Below, piece after piece: positions 60,989 to 64,000 of a DNA stretch of 64,000 bases. Each line of letters starts with the position of its first letter. Position 1 is the stretch's first letter. Source of the DNA: Pavona decussata (taxonomy: Eukaryota); assembly GCA_977016875.1 (NCBI GenBank), contig CDRNST010000028.1, positions 930,001 to 994,000 on the forward strand, written 5' to 3'. The notes under the pieces were generated by a model. That model was not told where the DNA came from and did not search any database. It saw nothing but the letters and a program-made list of their open reading frames with translations. The position numbers and the translations under genes are program-made.

Positions 60989-62720
60989 ATTACAGGGGAT
61001 ATTCAGCACAGGAGAGTATTTAAGGAAGTTTAAGGAATGTAAACACTGAAATACCTTGACTTTAACGGTGAATCCCCTCAAACATTTTGAAACAGAGATG
61101 ACATTTTTATTGCCCACTAGACTGCACATTAAGTATTATTAGTATTAGTATATTATTTATTAGCATTACTTAAGTATTAGAATCGTACTTTTTAAGCTAT
61201 AATACGACCGCACAAGCTATTGCTGAAAAAGTAATGGTGTTTAAATAAAAGTTATGGTATGGTAGCTCAAAACGGGGTGCAGGTTAAAAACTACAGGCCT
61301 CTAGAAAATTTACAAAAATTTGAACAAAAACGGAGTCCGTTTGAGAGTTAATTTTTTAAAACTATAAACATCCATTTTCACGACTGAATCTCAAAAGGAA
61401 AAAAAAAAGCAGAGAAGAAAATATATCAACAACATCTCTGAAAAAAATACATTCAACTGTTTAAAATCTGAAATGACAAGGGAGCGGTCACGGTCACAGT
61501 TTGAAGGAATACTGAGCACGACAGATTACATCACATGAGAAACTGTTGTTTGGTATAGCCATTTTTCAGTTGTGTTCTTAGGGTTACAATTAGCAACAGC
61601 AAAGCTTGGAACATTACAGGGAGGCCCCTCATTTGTAGTCCCAAGCATCGATGTAACTCATTTGCAGTTTTGAACTGCTAAAACTTATCATAATCTCTAA
61701 AAATACTATTAAAACTACATGATATAATGGGCTTGGAAATTAAAAATCGTCACAGGGCTAACAAATGGATTACTGTTACGACGATTAAGCAAGAAATGGA
61801 TGGCACGTAAAAAAGAGCCTCATTGATGCAACCACTATTACAGTGCAACGAACTCAACCGGAGTCACCCAACATTGATCAGCCAATCACAGGTCACGTGT
61901 ACAACAAAGGAGTCTGGCTTTGGTAGTTTGTAAACCAATCAAAAACAAGAACATTACTTTAAATTTCAAAGTGTCGGTTTTTTCGATGGCCCCGATTGAG
62001 TTCGTTGCATTGTAAAACAGGCCATCAAAATCTACTTGCGCTGACTCGGTGGTCGCATTAAAGTGGTTCTTAGCTTAAAACTCCACTGGCTAAACTTCAC
62101 TTCTGACCAAATGAAAGCCGCCGTATAACGGATTGGTAACACTGGATGTGCTACTGTGAAGGAACTGAGTAGGTACAGGAAAAACCCCGAAAGATGACTC
62201 ACCACACTCAGCGATTGTCTTAATAAGCTCCAGCCTCTGAGCATGATGACAACATATTAACGGAGTGGTTTGCAAGGTGGGAGTCTACTGTACTTTAGTT
62301 ACTTTTCACTGTGTCCTTTTTCAACGAAAAAGTCTCATTTCAAACACAGGTGTACCTGGTTGGCGCTGATCTTCAGTCTTCGTGCCAACAAGGCACTACA
62401 CGAGTTCTGGTACTCCACTCTGGACGGGATGTTAGTCCATAATCTCCCGTCATTTTATTGTCAGGTATACCTAATGATTTCCTGGTATCTATCTAACACC
62501 AAGGTATCCCGGTGTGCAGCAGAGTCTCTTGTCTACAGAACCAACTGAGACTTGATCGACTGGAATCACCGACCTTCAGATGGAAAAGAGGAGGTGCTGA
62601 GTTCAATAAACCTTCTTGCCTCAGTCCACGGTGAGATAATTTACAGTGCCAACTATAAGACCCCGCTTTTGTGCAACAGAGCACGACGAGGGGAGGGGAG
62701 GGAGGGGAAGTGACCATGTG

Positions 62721-62922
62721 TCAGCACTCCTCACATAGAGCTACCTGTCCCTTTTTGTATTTTCTGCATGGACACAAACGCATGGTGCTCGGACTCGTTC
62801 CCGTGCAGCTGAACAGCAGAGCCTGGGTCTGAACAATGCAGGCCGGAGGTTCCTGTCGGAAGCCTGGGGCGATGAGTGATGGTACTTCCTCAAGGCGACT
62901 CGTGTTACAAGGAAATCCATTC
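62721..62922 (-). CDS. MGAT5: Last coding exon of alpha-1,6-mannosylglycoprotein 6-beta-GlcNAc transferase (GnT-V); rest of gene lies beyond the window
   Basis: Acceptor ...caacAG at 62924-62923. Peptide C..Q..LLFSC.G......RLCPCRKYKKGQVALCEEC* matches the conserved MGAT5 C-terminus (LLFSCAG...RVCPCRDFIKGQVALCKDCL). Confidence 0.88.
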
Positions 62923-64000
62923 CTGTTGAGCAAACAAGAATTAGTCACACAGCAAGACGAGTTGGAGATATCGCTGCCTTTATATTTAAAGGGGAAGTAT
63001 CATGGGGTTTTTGACCTCTTTCGTTAAAAATAGTGAAATAAGACCTTTGCATAGCTACAAAATAATTCTTGAAGAACGAGAGGAAAGAAATCAACTCAAT
63101 TCTTGAAAGGAACAACTTGTGATCTGTTCTAGCGCATTTTGGAAAACAAAAATGTGTGAACTTGAAAAACATTAGCCTAAATAAAGTTTCAGTCCATTCC
63201 GACCCTTCTCTATCTCAGGCCAGAGGCACTAATCGACAGTTTTATTGCACTGGAGTGATAATTTATAACAAAACTAGACAATTTTTTTTCATCAAATTTC
63301 CGTGATACTTTTAGAATCACGTCAAACGTCAAACGGCAGAGATGACCACGTGACCATGTTTATCCTACATTTGCCGCTCGCTGTTTTTAGTTTCTCAGTA
63401 AAATTGAGTAGTTTGGCGTTGGTATCAAAGGTCAGAATTATTTAGCACTATTCTCAGCTATGCATTTATTTTTTTTTTCATGAGAACACAAACGCAAATC
63501 TCACGTTTGCCGTTTGCCCTAAACGCGATTCTAAATCTATCTATTATCATTTTGAATCAGTTTAACCGTGTTAGAGATCTGCCGAGATTTTTTCACAATG
63601 AATTATTTTTGACAAAAGCTGAAAAACCATTGCAGTGTTGTTTCGATAGCAATTTCAAAGAAATCCTGCAAAAATGCCAGGATTGAACGGGAGCTGAGCT
63701 ATGAAGCCACTGGGAGAAGTTCAATAATAAGTTTGTATTTCAGGCGATGGAAAACTACACTTTTTTTTTTGTTGGGAAGGCGCTATTTGATTCGCAAGTG
63801 TCATATCCCAAATGGTAAAATACCCAGTAATAGAACCACTCCACCTTTTAACAACAAGCGAACTCCGAAGTTTATGACTCATCAAACGGTTAGAAAAGTA
63901 AGTAAGTAAATAAATTAGAAAAGTATGTAAGTAGGTTAGAAAAGTAAGTAAGTAAATAAATTTGTAACAATCCTTTAATTTCTATCAGCTTGCGAATCCT

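Noticed and set aside
61880-61900. ER-stress element (CCAAT...CACG)
   Set aside because: The spacing does not match CCAAT-N9-CCACG, and no downstream gene can be supported.

Overview
Intron-rich, AT-rich animal genomic DNA. The repeat families and gene structures suggest a cnidarian, probably a stony coral (inference). Five host genes lie on the minus strand, and the multi-exon models were built by hand from phase-consistent GT-AG exons. They are: (1) an ITPRID/SSFA2(KRAP)/TESPA1-family IP3-receptor-binding protein (578-14198); (2) an 8-exon secreted protein with three Cys-rich WSC-like modules (20840-33430); (3) a single-coding-exon protein with a C-terminal Cys/His cluster (37290-38432); (4) a GT31 beta-1,3-galactosyltransferase-like protein (50344-52595); (5) the last exon of MGAT5 (62721-62922). 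The standout element is a compact two-gene DNA transposon of the PIF/Harbinger-related ISL2EU type (about 54077-57934). It carries an intact THAP-DDE transposase and an intact SWIM-YqaJ (lambda-exonuclease-like) nuclease arranged convergently, with asymmetric bipartite TIRs that contain E-box palindromes. Introns and spacers are packed with MITEs, SINEs, LINE remnants and a roughly 106-bp satellite. There are also three Penelope-type minimal hammerhead ribozyme motifs, one intact and flanked by an 8-bp target-site duplication.
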